64,000 nucleotides of DNA from assembly GCA_951406725.2 (NCBI GenBank), contig OX597819.1, forward strand, positions 132,928,001 through 132,992,000. Reading direction: 5' to 3'. Below, one piece after another: positions 30,691 to 44,117 of this stretch; within the stretch, counting starts at the first letter, position 1, and each line of letters opens with the position of its first letter. Position numbers and translations under genes: made by a program. The notes below the pieces were generated by a model that saw nothing but the letters and a program-made list of their open reading frames with translations, made no database searches and had not been told where the DNA came from. Source of the DNA: Octopus vulgaris. Lineage: Eukaryota.

Positions 30691-30721
30691 ATTATATTAT
30701 GATATAATTTAGCAAAACAAA

Positions 30722-30899
30722 ATCGTTTAAATTTATCCAATGATGAAGAAAACAATTTAAATGCGCCATCTTAATTTAAGAGAATTTTGTCTCAACCTAA
30801 ACGAATCGAAACTTGTTAGTGAAATTGGGAGTAACAGCAAATTGATTTAATTCGGTAAGAGATGAAACCAAATTAAATTAGAGTGATGTGCCTCGACTT
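30722..30899 (+). repeat. Repeat family D, copy 2
   Basis: Direct match to 29285-29462. Confidence 0.85.
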
Positions 30900-31799
30900 A
30901 AAAGGTTGGAATGTGTCAGCCACTAAAAGATTTTGTGGTCAAATCAATCAGACCATCTTGGCGTTGATTAGCTGTTAGAGATAGAGCTAATTATATGAAA
31001 GTGAACTATTTATCATATAAAATAACTTCACTTTGTGACTTGAAGAGTTTCTTATCTGTGGCCACCACCATTTATGAGACAGGCGCTGATTCTTGTCTTT
31101 TCACTTCAAACAATTTCTATCTTTCCACACTAGAGATAAGACTATGTTTAACAGGGACAGATTGGAAAATCGGAAGAATTTCATTTCGTGATACTCACTG
31201 ATGCCAGTATTTGGTAATACATCTGAGGGTGACGAACATATATTAGAATGGTAAACGGTTTATTTTAAAACAAAAAATAATCTTTCATATCTGCGTATAA
31301 ACGTTCTGATTGCAGTGTTCGCAAAGATTTATAGAAGATTTATATGGAAGAGAGAGAGACAGACAGAGAGAAAGGGAGAGTGGGGGAGAGAGATAGAGAA
31401 AGAGAGAAACATAGAGGAAGAGAAAGAGAGAGAGAAAGTAATGAAAGAGAGAGAGAAGGTGAGAGAGAGTGGGGAGATTAAACATAAACAATTGGAACAA
31501 AATCCAGACAAAGAGGATAAAATAAGAAGGAAAAAGCATCCGGTAGTTTCATAGAAAGGAATATATTGGAGACGCGTGGCAAAAGTAATTTAGATTCAGT
31601 TTTTATTATTGTAAACAACAGAAGAAATCCTAAGACAATTCCATAATTTGGGTTAGACACAGCGTGCCTACTTATATATATATACAGAAGGGGTCTGGAT
31701 AATTTGTTTGGATAATATGAAAGTGATGCATTTGTCGTTCGGATTACTGAAGCTCATGCATGCTACATACATACATACATACATACACACATACATACA

Positions 31800-32430
31800 A
31801 GACCTCAATAAAATCTAAGCACCACAGATCTGATATGATTCGGGATGGAGAAGAGAAGCTGTGGACAGTTGTGGGAATCAGCTGCCCAGCTGAAGATCAG
31901 TGAAGAAGAGAACACCTATGCTGAACTAATGAGAAATCTGCAGTTACTCTATCCAGATTACAAGTTCAGGTTTATACCTGTAATTATTAGGGCACTGGAA
32001 TAAGTAACCCATTGCTTAAATTCCAATCTTGAGAAATTAGGCTTCTCAAAACCAGAAAGGAGAAAGTTAATTCGAGGACCACAGATCCAATCCATCACTG
32101 GAAATGTAAAAATCGTCTTTCCAGTTTATCATTTAAATATATATGAGCATGTCTAGATATGTGGCTATATGCATGAGAAGACATACATAAAGCAAAACAT
32201 GCAAATCTGCACATATACATACATACACAGACACATACATACACACATACATACATACATATATACATACATACATACATACATACATACATACATACAT
32301 ACATACATACATACATACAAAAATACCCTGTTGTTGATGTTGAAATGCCAATGAAGGAGCCTTGGATCTAGGTTAGAAACCGGTTCTTTCGCTATTGGTA
32401 AGGAATCTTGAAATAAATTGAGTAATGACT
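31800..32430 (+). mobile_element. 3' fragment of an RLE-type non-LTR element associated with (TACA)n
   Basis: Decayed RLE C-terminus (ISCPA..KISEEENTYAELMRNLQLLYPDYKFRFIPVII.AL). The 3' UTR has internal (TACA)n and a hairpin gaaggagcc/ggttctttc. TACA repeats flank both sides. Confidence 0.65.
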
Positions 32431-33729
32431 TACATACATACATATATACATACATACATACATACCTATATTCACGTGTACGTATACATGTATGTATGAA
32501 TATATGCCTATATCTGTGTGTGTTCGTGGTGTGTGACTGACGACGAGTGACGATGAAGGAAACAAATATCCACTAAAAGAACCGGTGCTTTATGAATGAA
32601 ATCCCCGGAGATATTCAATCCGCCTCGAGTTACAGACACACCTTTATCATTATTTTTGAGAAACGTACTGTGAACAACTAATAATAAACTATTTCTCCCT
32701 GACCTCGGCGTTAAAATGAATCCTTGGCCTCACACATAGAATACATAGACTAGATCCTACATACCATATGACGCGCAGCTAAAAAAATTACCCTTAATTG
32801 TTGCTTGATGTACGAATGAAATATTAGGGAGACAGAGGGGGGGATGGACATCGCACAACGAAATTAGAAAATGTTCATAAACTGTTTGTTTTGAAAATAT
32901 CTTTGATTTTATGACGGAGAACTGAAGGGATGTACTATACTGGATTATGTTCCCAATTACTGTAGACTAGATGATATCGAGAGATTAAAGTCGTACGTAA
33001 TTCTGTGTAAACATAAGAGGAACACGTATAAAGCAACATAAAATTTTAATGTCATGAGTAACGGGCCATTATATTGTTATTTGAAAGGTTAAACGGTTTT
33101 GTTCTAACGATTCTTGTGAGAGAAATCTATCTTATTGAATATAAAAACGTTTTTAACGTAATTTTAGGAGGAAGATAAGATTAAATACATACAGACACTT
33201 ACACACATTCATATATACGCACGTTTATAAATATATGTACACACACACATATATATATATATAAAGCTATATTAATGTTTGTTTTTATGTTCTGTTATAA
33301 TAAAAACAATTTTACATTAATCTGATCGATTACCCTATACTTTTGAGGAGTACAAATTCATCATTCTTAAACAAGAATATCATTGACAGTGAATTTGAAC
33401 AAACACTCTATAAAGCCAAGATTAACTGAAATACATCGAAGTCGCACGACGACTTAAATGACCAAAACTTTGAAGCTTCTGTGGCCCTGTCGTAAGAAAT
33501 TCGCTTCCCACCGACTTGGTTCCAGTTTCAGGCCCACTGCCTGGCACCTGGGGCAAGTGTCTTCAAACGCTATGTCGGTGTGATTCCTGATTGAACTTTG
33601 CCTTCCACCATCAAAAATGTCGCTGCAGCTTATAGGCGGGTGACTGATAAAATTCCCGATTTGAACCTTGTAAGTCGGGGTTGCGTCTTAGAGTGAGGGC
33701 GTTTTATAATCGAGTATTTATGGTATATA

Positions 33730-34139
<410 letters not shown>

Positions 34140-34433
34140 GTAAATGGAAAACAGGACAAGTAAACACTGAGAAAGAACCCTTCATGAGCTTCCGGCTGTC
34201 CATCTGCTCCTCATTTCGAGTATTCAACGACGATGTGAATCTTCAAAGACAGTTGCTCCCATAAATTCTAAAATAAAATTTACGATTTATGGAGAATCAA
34301 AGTTGGGAACAAGAAAATGACATTGGAGACATACAAGGAAACCGAACGAGAACAAACATGGAGGGTCGTTGGACAAGAACGAGAGGAAAATAGTGAACCC
34401 TGGGAGAAAGATTTCTTTTGAAAAGAGGAAAGA

Positions 34434-34471
<38 letters not shown>

Positions 34472-34620
34472 AAACACGTCCGATCTTTGAAACGTCCGCG
34501 CAGAAAGATGGTCACGTGAAGAAAAGAAAGATGGACGATGTCACATGTGAGCAACGAGAGAGAGAGAATGAGAAAAAAGAGAAAGAGGGAGAGAAAGATA
34601 GAAAACGGTGAAGGAGCGAG
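34140..34620 (-). repeat. Dispersed repeat family E with internal (GA)n; partial second copy at 52420-52552
   Basis: aaatggaaaaca-gacaagtaa...aagaac--ccttcat-ag..cggctg.c.atct...cctcatt-cgag-att-aacgac is shared with 52461-52550. Confidence 0.65.
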
Positions 34621-34710
34621 CGGAGAAAAGGGAATTAGAGAAGGAAAGAGGAAGGAAGGAAACAGTGTAGAGTAGAGAGTTGCATCAAAAAGATGAAGAT
34701 AAACTTACTT

Positions 34711-34805
34711 GGAAATGAATGCAATTAAATAATAAATATATTATATAATATATGCAATTATATAATAAATATATTATAATAAATATATTATAATATATTA
34801 TAATA

Positions 34806-34846
<41 letters not shown>

Positions 34847-35430
34847 CATTAATAAATCTCTGAACGAGATATAAACAGTAACCGCTCGACAAGGTAAGGT
34901 GTACTCAGCCATCTGAATGTGGCCAGCCACTGGGGGTGGGGTGTTACTGATGCTTTTAGCCCCAGGAGATCAACGTCACCAGAGATTTATTATTGCTTTC
35001 AGACCGTTTTTCTAAATCAGTGACAGTGGTTGCTGTGAAAAACGTTAAATATTATTTGCAAGGTGACTCCTTCATCGAAGACCGGTGCTTACCATGCGTT
35101 GACGAGAGGCAATTACCTTGAAACTATAGTCCGTATGTAGTACTTAGGTCTTCGAGGGAGGATGACCTCCCTTTGCAAATAACACAAGGGCACTGAGATA
35201 GTGTCTAAAGTCCATCTGGTGATCGCCTGGGGCTAAAAGCATCAGTAACACCCCACCCCCAGTGGATAGCCACATTCAGATGGCTAGTACTCCTTACGTC
35301 GTTATATATATACATATATATATATACATATATATACATATATATATATATATATACATAATATATTATATATATGTATAATATATATTATAAGTTATTT
35401 ACTATTCATTATTTAATTGCATTGATTTCC
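34711..35430. mobile_element. ~720-bp foldback (MITE-like) element with long imperfect inverted arms
   Basis: Outer arms are ggaaatgaatgcaattaaataat / attatttaattgcattgatttcc. GC-rich arms 34907-34966 and 35226-35285 are complementary at 58/60. Inner complementary blocks (tcaccaga/tctggtga, ttatttgcaa/ttgcaaataa, tcgaagacc/ggtcttcga) continue to the centre. Confidence 0.85.
35093..35137 (+). ncRNA. Minimal type-I hammerhead motif at the apex of the foldback
   Basis: CATGCG-TTGACGA-GAGG-caatta-CCTT-GAAA-CTATAG-TC-CGTATG: 6-bp stem I, core with C3>U, 4-bp stem II, palindromic stem III CTATAG, GUC triplet. Confidence 0.72.
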
Positions 35431-36739
35431 TTATATATATATATATATATATAATATTATATCATTTATTCGTACGTCCTACTAATAATTTCATACGATG
35501 AAAACAACTCAGCCACCATTTTATAACACGTCTTGTGCTTTGATGCGATCCTCGGACTCTGTAAAACAGAAGGATCGCGTGACGTCATCACTTGTGCTAT
35601 GAAGTGCTGCCTGAGTCGTTTTCATCGCATGAAACTATCATTAGCTCATAAAAATATTCCCTTTGTTTATAAAATAATATTCATCTCTCGCCAGGATGAG
35701 TACATTTTCGGCGGCACATTTTGGGTGGAAATTACTCCAAACAATAATTTACTTCCTTTAAGTGCCATACGGTGTTGCGGATGGGGAATATCGCGTTGTA
35801 TAACGATGTGGCGAGGTGAACCATGGTCAGGGAGTGGCCAAAGGATTCACTCGGTGCAGGAAGAGTTAATGTCTGGCAGAGTTTAAGATGGAAGGTAAGA
35901 ATGAGTTGAGGGATACTTGAAGTGCCTGTGTGTCAGTCAGAGATGCATAAATGAGGTGAAAAAGAGGTTATAGGGAGTTGAGAGTTAGAAAAAGGATCGG
36001 TTTCGGTACTGGCAACATTATTGATAGATAACCAGGTCGAAAGATATTTGATTATGCATTGACCCCCGTGTTTCGGAGTGAAATAAGAGGAAGAAGGATA
36101 GCCTGGGCAGCAGTGAGTTGTGGGACAGTGCCGACAAGATAAACCTTCGCCAGGAGCCTGGTACGAACGCTTTCGAGACGAGTGCGCGCTGTGAGAAAAA
36201 TACACGCATACACAGACACACACACACACACATACGCAAACATGCACAGACACAAACACACGCTGAAGTTGCTTCTCCACTCTTTCTTTAGACTCATAAA
36301 TATATATATGTGCGTGTATGTGTGTGTGTGTGTGTGGGGGGATTTACGTATATCACAGAATTTCAATCTTAGACTTTTACCGTAATAATTTCTATGTTAG
36401 AATCTAACAGTGTCGGTATTAAGCATATTGGTTCTTCCATTTCTCACCTTCCATATATCTAAATTACTTATCATCATCAGGTCTCAATAGATACCTTGTC
36501 CTCGCTTATCTTCGTCTGACACTCTGCTGTTATAACTCACACCCAACACAACGCCGTTGCTGTCTTCTGCTAAAAAAAATAAACAGACGAAGATTATGTA
36601 ATCAACAGAATTCTCGAGCAAGCGGCGGCTCGGCGTATTTAGTGACATCCTTTTACTTCACGGGTTCAAATTCTACAAGGCTCGATGTAATCGTTAGACC
36701 TAATTGTCCCAATCCAATTCCTTGTCTTTAGTCCTAGCA

Positions 36740-36855
36740 GATCACCAGCGCCCGACCTGCAGCAGACCCTTCGAGGCATGCATCAGACTGACCAGTCACA
36801 ACCAGACACACCATGTAATATCCTTAGTCATCGTCGACAACGACGGATGAAGTAA
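36740..36855 (+). mobile_element. 3' tip of an RTE-clade LINE
   Basis: HQRPTCSRPFEACIRLTSHNQTH (decayed C-terminal C2H2-like motif), followed by the gtcatcgtcgacaacgacggatgaa stem-loop typical of RTE 3' ends. Confidence 0.55.
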
Positions 36856-37102
36856 TAGAAATAATAAATATATCGATGAAATAACGATCAGCACTCTCGT
36901 TCGATTTAACCGATTTTATTCTTCTTTACAAATATGTTCCTTCTGACCTGAGTTAATCCTCGGATTCAGAATACTTTTAGTTTATTTAAGTTTCCTTTCT
37001 CAAATGTCCATATAACGAATGTCAGTTACAGCGTTTAACTTAACTGGGATTAGAGAGAGAGAGAGGGACCATACCGTTTCTAATTTATAATACTTTAACA
37101 TA

Positions 37103-37517
37103 GGCGCAGGAGTGGCTGTGTGGTCAGTAGCTTGCTAACCAACCACATGGCTCCGGGTTCAGTCCCACTGCGTGGCATCTTGGACAAGTGTCTTCTGCTA
37201 TAGCCCCGGGCCGACCAATGCCTTGTGAGTGGATTTGGTAGACGGAGACTGAAAGAAGCCTGTCGTATATATGTATATATATATGTATATCTATGTATGT
37301 GTTTGTGTGTCTGTGTTTGTCAAGCATTGCTTGACAACCGATGCTGGTGTGTTTACTACCCCGTCACTTAGCGGTTCGGCAAAAGAGACCGATAGAATAA
37401 TTACTGGGCTTACAAAGAATAAGTCCTGGGGTCGAGTTGCTCGACTAAAGGCGGTGCTCCAGCATGGCCGCAGTCAAATGACTGAAACATGTAAAAGAGT
37501 AAAAGAGTAAAAGAGTA
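37103..37517 (+). mobile_element. tRNA-derived SINE family B, copy 1
   Basis: A-box-like TGGCTGTGTGG, B-box-like GGTTCAGTCC, CORE-like cttgg-caagtg, internal TA/TG microsatellite and (gtaaaaga)n tail; closely matches 44974-45390. Confidence 0.9.
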
Positions 37518-37529
37518 TATGTCTATTGC

Positions 37530-37589
<60 letters not shown>

Positions 37590-38203
37590 GAAGATGGTAT
37601 CTATTGGAATTTGATAAGAGAACGGTTGTACGAATATTATTTGATATTCCTTATCTTTGCAAAGCCGTATGTTTTCGCTACAGTATTGGCATGTACTCAC
37701 AGATAAACATGTTATTGCATGTGAAACACTATGTAAATTAGATTTTGTGAAAATTACATTGGGTTAGTTTCCAGAAGATATGAATTTAAAGATAGAGTCA
37801 AATTACTCTATATTAAGGATGTTACTGTGGTCATTATAAAAGGTAATTCCATCGCAGAGAACTAACAACAACCATTCAAAAGAATAATCTTCCGCATTTC
37901 TTAAGTAAAGAACAAACCATGCAACTGTCTTAATAATGTTATCTAAACCTCTCTAAAATAAATACAAATGAAATCGGACGCTGCGACTCAAGTTCACCTT
38001 GATTCGTTTTGATAATTACTTCAGTTTCCTTCGAGATCGAATTTCTCTTAGATCGGTTTTACTTGAAACATATCCAGATTAAGTAAACGATTTTCAATAA
38101 CACCATTATCAATAACACCATTATCAATAACACTCAACAATATTCCCTCGCACGGTGCAGGCTACAAATAACACACCATAACAAAAAACTACTTATACAT
38201 AAA

Positions 38204-38260
<57 letters not shown>

Positions 38261-38608
38261 ATGTGTGTGTGTGTGTGTGTATACACATGGCAAAAGAAAA
38301 AAGACGGAAAATGGAATTTATTATTAATCACCACAATTGTTTCGACACATCTAACATCGATCCATCTCGGGTGGGACACTCAACAACTGGTTCAGGAGCA
38401 TCCGGTAGTGCTGAGGTATCTCAGCAGGTGATAAATAAATACAACTCATTAAAATAACAGCTTCACAATGTATCTTCTCGTTTTGTAGAAAGAAATGCAC
38501 CCAGACTGAGGAAATATCTTTATTTACAAAGAACAAAAATAAAATCACAAATGGAAAAAGAGAAACGAACACGCAATACAGCGAGAAAAGTATATTTACA
38601 TATACATA

Positions 38609-38695
<87 letters not shown>

Positions 38696-38867
38696 GGATG
38701 TATTATGTGAGAGAGAGATGGATGGATGGATAGAACATTTCGAAGAATGCTTTGGTCCAGTGGTAGAATGTCTCTCATGCTTACAAAAGAATGAGTTGGG
38801 TGACAACCTTCAACTGTTTGAAAGTTTTATTTACAGCTTTATCTTCTTAGAATCTTACAGTTACGAC

Positions 38868-39100
38868 GCAGGCGCTAGTGATTGGGTGTCGCACTCACCT
38901 TCGCAAGATAGTGGATTGAAATCCTGGGTCGGGCGGCCAGTCGTGTTTTTGAGCAAAATATTTAATTTCACCTTGATCTACAATCTTTCCCACCTCTGAT
39001 TCCTGTGCAGGTAATATCGATTTGATGAATGGAGTGAGTTTATGTAAACACAAACGTTTGACCTCTATATACAAAGCATCTGTCTGGTTGATCGGTCAGA
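38868..39100 (+). mobile_element. Old tRNA-derived SINE remnant, possibly a family C relative
   Basis: Degenerate head (ggcgctagtgattggg...ggattgaaatcc...gtgtttttgagcaaaa) and 3' catctg...tcggtca. Confidence 0.35.
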
Positions 39101-40258
39101 AACTTCGGATCCCTCATCCATCGTTTGGCGACAGGAGAGTTCATAATTTCTATAAACATCCTCTAGCGGACAGTTAATTCAAGGGAGATAATCAGTTGTC
39201 TCCATAGCATTTGAATTTCTAATGAAGTAATACAGAAAAAGATGCATAGAATGCACCTATTTCATATATTCTTCAGTTTCTGATTTAGAATTCTTAGAAT
39301 GTTTTGTCGGAGGTAAACATAACACTATTTCATTCATTTTAGAAATCTTCAGAATTACATCACCTGAGATGTATTAATGAAACATTGTATGGAACAAGAG
39401 ATTTCTTAGAGATGGAAAATAGTCTGGAAGAAATTCATCGGGTATGTGGTTCTCTTTTTTCCTTTTTCTATGGAATTTCTCTCCTTCCCCCCTCTCTCTC
39501 TCTTAACCTATCTCTCACCCTCGCACACGCGCGCACGCACACACACACATTTATATATTAATATTTAACGCATGACATTAATTTGGTTTATTCAAAGGTA
39601 AAGAATAACCAAGTAGTGTTTATGAAAGCAATAACACGTTGCAATCGCTGACTCCAAACTACTCTTTTAACATATGTGGCCCATTGTTATATCTTTGCTA
39701 GACTCCAAACAAGCATGTCCGCCACATTTACGCATCAAACGTTCTTTCCTAACGTCAATCAGTATCCTTCGTCCCTCACAGAAGTAGAAAACATTGAAAC
39801 TCAGTAGAGATTCCTACAGCAAATAAGACTTATTAATAGAGGTTTAAATGAAGGAGGCTGTTTCAAGAGCCACTGTAGAGGAACACCCCGTAATTCTCTC
39901 GCATCGAGTGAGCCTGAGTATCTGGTAAGAATAACAACCAATTCGCCCTCAAATCAAACGGCCATGATTTAAATAGAAGTAAGACATACAAAATGACGTA
40001 GAACTATATAATTCTAGAAATACAGGAGATCCATACCAGTAACATATTTGATTATTTATGGATGCTTTTTTGCATTAAAAATAAGATAATTATTCAGTAA
40101 ACATTGATTAGTCACATTCGATAAGATGAAACGGAATTTCGATTATAAAAATTCCGACTATATATACACACACAGATGGCCACACATGCACATACACACA
40201 CGTCTTTGTATGTTTGTGTATGCATATGCATATGGACATCTATTTACTATTAGGAATT

Positions 40259-40354
<96 letters not shown>

Positions 40355-40639
40355 GTAAAGTTTTTTGTTTATTGTATACGCAGTATTCAGATGTACTCAG
40401 ATGAAAGACCCGAGATGCAAAGTTATAAAAAATTAAGGAGAATTTCAGATAGGTTCACCAATTTATATAAACATATATTCTGCCATGGATCGATGTATAT
40501 CAGTCTTTTAATATAGCAATGTATCAGTCATTGAAATATTAAAGCATATTAAAAAATCTATGAATACATAATTATATAAGAATTTAATATACATGTATAA
40601 ATAGGGGAGTGAAATTAGGTTAGAACGGCGTTGTAAAAA

Positions 40640-42293
40640 TTATTTAAGAATAAAAAATATGCCCTTACAAAAAGGTGAATAAAACAAAGCCTTCCGAAGA
40701 GCGAATAAAAAAACATCGTCGCGTTGAGATTGGATTTTGCAAAAAACAAATGTAAATAATGCAAGAGAATAAGTAATCCTGTTTAGGTAAACCGTTTGTG
40801 GTAATCCTCTTACGGCTGTTTCTGGGGCACAGTAATCCATAGATTTTATGGGTATTTTCACTCCAAAAATTAGATACTGCCTCCTTCATCAGAAAGTATT
40901 TTATTCAGGATCCACATTTGGTGCAATGTTGTACTAGGGAGATGAGATTTAGTTATATAGGGAGGTGCAGTTGTTAACAGGAAGAGGAAATGTTATAACA
41001 GGAATTATGGGAAATGCAATTTAGAAAATGTTATAAATGTTAAGCAAGTAATAATCGATCAATATAAAGTTTACAGGATGGCAGGAGTAAAGAGATTAAC
41101 TGAAATATAGATAATTAAAAAGTTAATGGTTAATTTATCGAGGTTTATTAAAATATTTAAATGTTGATCGGTATCTATGGTTACAGAAAAACGTAGCATC
41201 TGCAAACTTATTTAATGATGTTGGCTCATATCGACGAAGAATATTCATGGATTCTTTAATACACAATTTACATACACGCGTAATTGTATTGTATGGCGGG
41301 GAGCTTCTGCTATGACAGACAAAGATAATAAGTATTGTATATTTTTCAGTTTAAAGTTATTGTATATACGAAGCTAGCGTTGTAGAAGATTTATATTTAG
41401 CGCTAGTAAACGAGTTCAAATGGGCACTATATCGACGTTAAAAGTCTACAGTGCTTCCTGTATAAATTCCCACCCTCTGTGTAGCGGGGATTTCCACAGA
41501 GCACCTATATACTACATTATTACGTAAACAGGATCCGGCTAGCGGACACGACTCCTTAATTCAACAATTATATGTTTTCTACCCTCTCCGCGCATTACTA
41601 AAGGGCAGATCACCCCCGACTGTCAGGGATTGACCCGGCGTAATGTTTACGTTAGAGATAGTGTCAGATTTGGAGATTTAGAGTTCATTATAAAGATTTG
41701 TGTATATATATTTGTAGACGTCTTAAAGATGAGTTTAGAGCCTATTGATGGAAGCTATGACCGAACCTAAATTCTGAGTATTTTGAGTAAGACAATTTCA
41801 CAGAGGATTTATTAAAAATAAGATATTATTCTCCTTCAATACCTTAACAAATAATTTGGGTAAAGACTTGACCTGAAAAGAGTAGGGTGGGACAAACCAT
41901 AAAAATTCCCGTTTCCTAGGTTTTGAGTATTTGGTCTGATTAGATTGGTAGGGGATATAGGGTTTATATTTATGTGAATTCCTAAATGCCATGTTATTAA
42001 TTCGGGCCACATATCTAAATTGGGGGTCGTATTACTAGATTGTAAGCCAGTTCCATTAAAGATATTCGCAATTTTGGTCTTAAGAATTGCATCAGGGATT
42101 TAAAATATTTCTTTTTTAAAACCATTTAACTTTAGGGCTTGGTTACAATACGGTGCGTGCGTGTTGAATATCTCCTCGTTCGCTGATAAATTTAAGATTC
42201 TAATTGAAATAGCCGTTACCATACCATCGACGATTGATCTAGGATGGTTAGAAAGAACGTTAGGTACTGCACGATTCTTTTTCGGCTGAAGCA
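40640..42293 (-). mobile_element. 5'-truncated, decayed Penelope-like element (RT thumb, linker, GIY-YIG, pLTR)
   Basis: SNHPRSIV....ISIRI..LSANEEIFN..APY...L..NGF (42100-42294); RKREFLWFVPPYS (41798-42010); CPLAGSCL..NVVY.C.V...IYTGST..F..R...H..SF...SSTTLASYI...CKLCIKE...LNK.....CNH (41170-41570). Confidence 0.85.
40807..40896 (-). ncRNA. Hammerhead motif in the Penelope-like pLTR, long stem II
   Basis: Minus strand reads CTTT-CTGATGA-agg-aggcagta[...]tactgtgcccc-a-GAAA-CAGCCG-TA-AGAG. Same strand as, and 3' of, the GIY-YIG coding region. Confidence 0.7.
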
Positions 42294-43195
42294 ATGGACG
42301 TATTTACCAATGGCTACTGTGAAGCAGCTTCTCTGTATAGTAAAACCAACAATTTAATAGTAGTTGGGCTCTATAGGCCACCCCTGTCTCCTTTTCTACG
42401 CTTCAAGGGATGCTTCAACAGTATTAAGTGTTTCATCCATCAGTGTCATGCTGACAACATATTAATGATGGTTGACTTCAACCTTCCCAGTGTTGATTGG
42501 TTCACAAACAGCTTGAAACCAAGTTCTTCCACCTCGACCCCTGCTAAGGAAGCAACCGAACTGATTTTTGATTTCATGGATGAGTTTTTCCTGACTCAAC
42601 TTGTTCACGAACCAACAAGGTGTCACAAAGACACCTTGGACCCAGTGTTCAGTAACTACACAGACACTATCCTCAATATTGCAGCGGACAAAACACCACC
42701 ACTCTCAGACCATGACATGGTTCTCGGCAATCTGAGATTCTACCGCCCGAAGATCAGATCCAGTGACATCTCTCCAGCCCATTCATTTGACACTATGCAT
42801 CTTCATAATGCAGACTGGGATACGATCAATCGTGATCTTTTACAAGTTGATTGAGCCTTCACGCACGCACGCACACCCTTAAGCATAAACACATCGTGGC
42901 AGACATTTTTAGACACTGTGACAAATATTTGCGCAAAAGATACTCCATTACGATCAGTATACAAATCTAAGTGCAGAATACATAGAAATAGAAGAGCAAT
43001 TATGAGAAAAATAAAAAGAATTAACAGGAAAATCAACCAACTTAAATACTACCAGCAACAAAGCACCCCTTCGACCGCCAATGCATCACTCGAATCGAAA
43101 AACACGACCTCCAAAAATGCATGATGACCATCATTAACAGTCAAAGAGTAGCTGTGGAGAGTTGGGCCACTGAGAAAATAAAACTCAATCCCCCC
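42294..43195 (+). mobile_element. Internal fragment of CR1-like LINE (APE endonuclease and downstream region)
   Basis: VVGLYRPP, MVDFNLPSVDW, LTQLVHEPTR, TLDPVFSN and LSDHDMV are APE motifs, followed by ADWD.I...L..VDW. Confidence 0.85.
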
Positions 43196-43763
43196 AAATC
43201 GGAGAGAAATTATGGCATGACCTGATACACATATGCATCTCTAAATTTCTTTGCGTAATGTGTTTCCACAAATCAATAGCCATGACACATTTAAAAGTAC
43301 ACATACATAAATTACAATTAATCTCATAGCCCCTGTCCCCCAGGGCATCGAGCTTTAACTAGGGTCCATTTCGTCTTTTCATTTGGCTTTTAAATATGTA
43401 GGCCTTCCGCAACAAAAATTATCGTTGCCTTACCACTAGAAGAATTATTCGTATTGAAAAGTCTTAGTCGTCATGATACGGGAAAGCTGCAATATTTCGG
43501 CACCAACCTGTCTTCAGGGTGTAGAAGCTGTTCAGGAAATGGAGGTTTCCCTCGTTGCGAAAACAAGGATTACATATCAGTATCTCTCCAAATATAAACA
43601 TTTGAAATTCAACATTTTCGATCCATTAAAACTGTCGGAGTCTAGAATGGTATCGAACTACTGTTGACTCTATCATTTTAAAATCCTTAACACTGCTCTA
43701 TTGATATCGGCCACTTGCTCTAACCCTGTTTTACAGATATTCTATATCCAACACACTTCTAAT

Positions 43764-44090
43764 GTTGGTTTCAAATTTTGGCACAATGCCAGCAATTTCG
43801 AAGATCATTCGCTGGATTTGGATAACCATTAATACACATCTATACTCACTGCTCATACATACATATATACGGGACCAGTGTAAGAAATGATGTAAAAGGG
43901 AAGCTAGCCACGGGTCATGTGACAACAGCAGGGAGAGGAGAAAGACACCAACGGTTGCTTATTTTATCGACCCCGAAAGGACGCGAAGGAAAGTCAACCT
44001 CGGAGGAATTTGAACTCAGAACGTAAAGACAGACGAAATGTTGCTAAGCATTTTGTCCGGCATGCTAACGATTCCACCAGCTCTCTACCT
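43764..44090 (-). mobile_element. SINE family A copy with internal insertion and ~15-bp TSD
   Basis: Family A segments at 43767-43850 and 43958-44085; flanks are caacacacttctaat (43749) and caacacacttgtaat (44092). Confidence 0.75.
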
Positions 44091-44117
44091 TCAACACACT
44101 TGTAATATTGTCCAACT

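Noticed and set aside
32347-32399. Hammerhead-like atgaagg...GAAACCGGTT in the RLE 3' UTR
   Set aside because: There is no CUGANGA core; it is better explained as a simple hairpin gaaggagcc/ggttctttc.
35542-35582. Strong hairpin gcgatcct/aggatcgc as a Helitron end or terminator
   Set aside because: There is no CTRR terminus nearby and no other supporting feature.
43493-43521. Minus-strand CTGAAGA...ccGAAATATT
   Set aside because: Stem II is weak and there is no stem I pairing.
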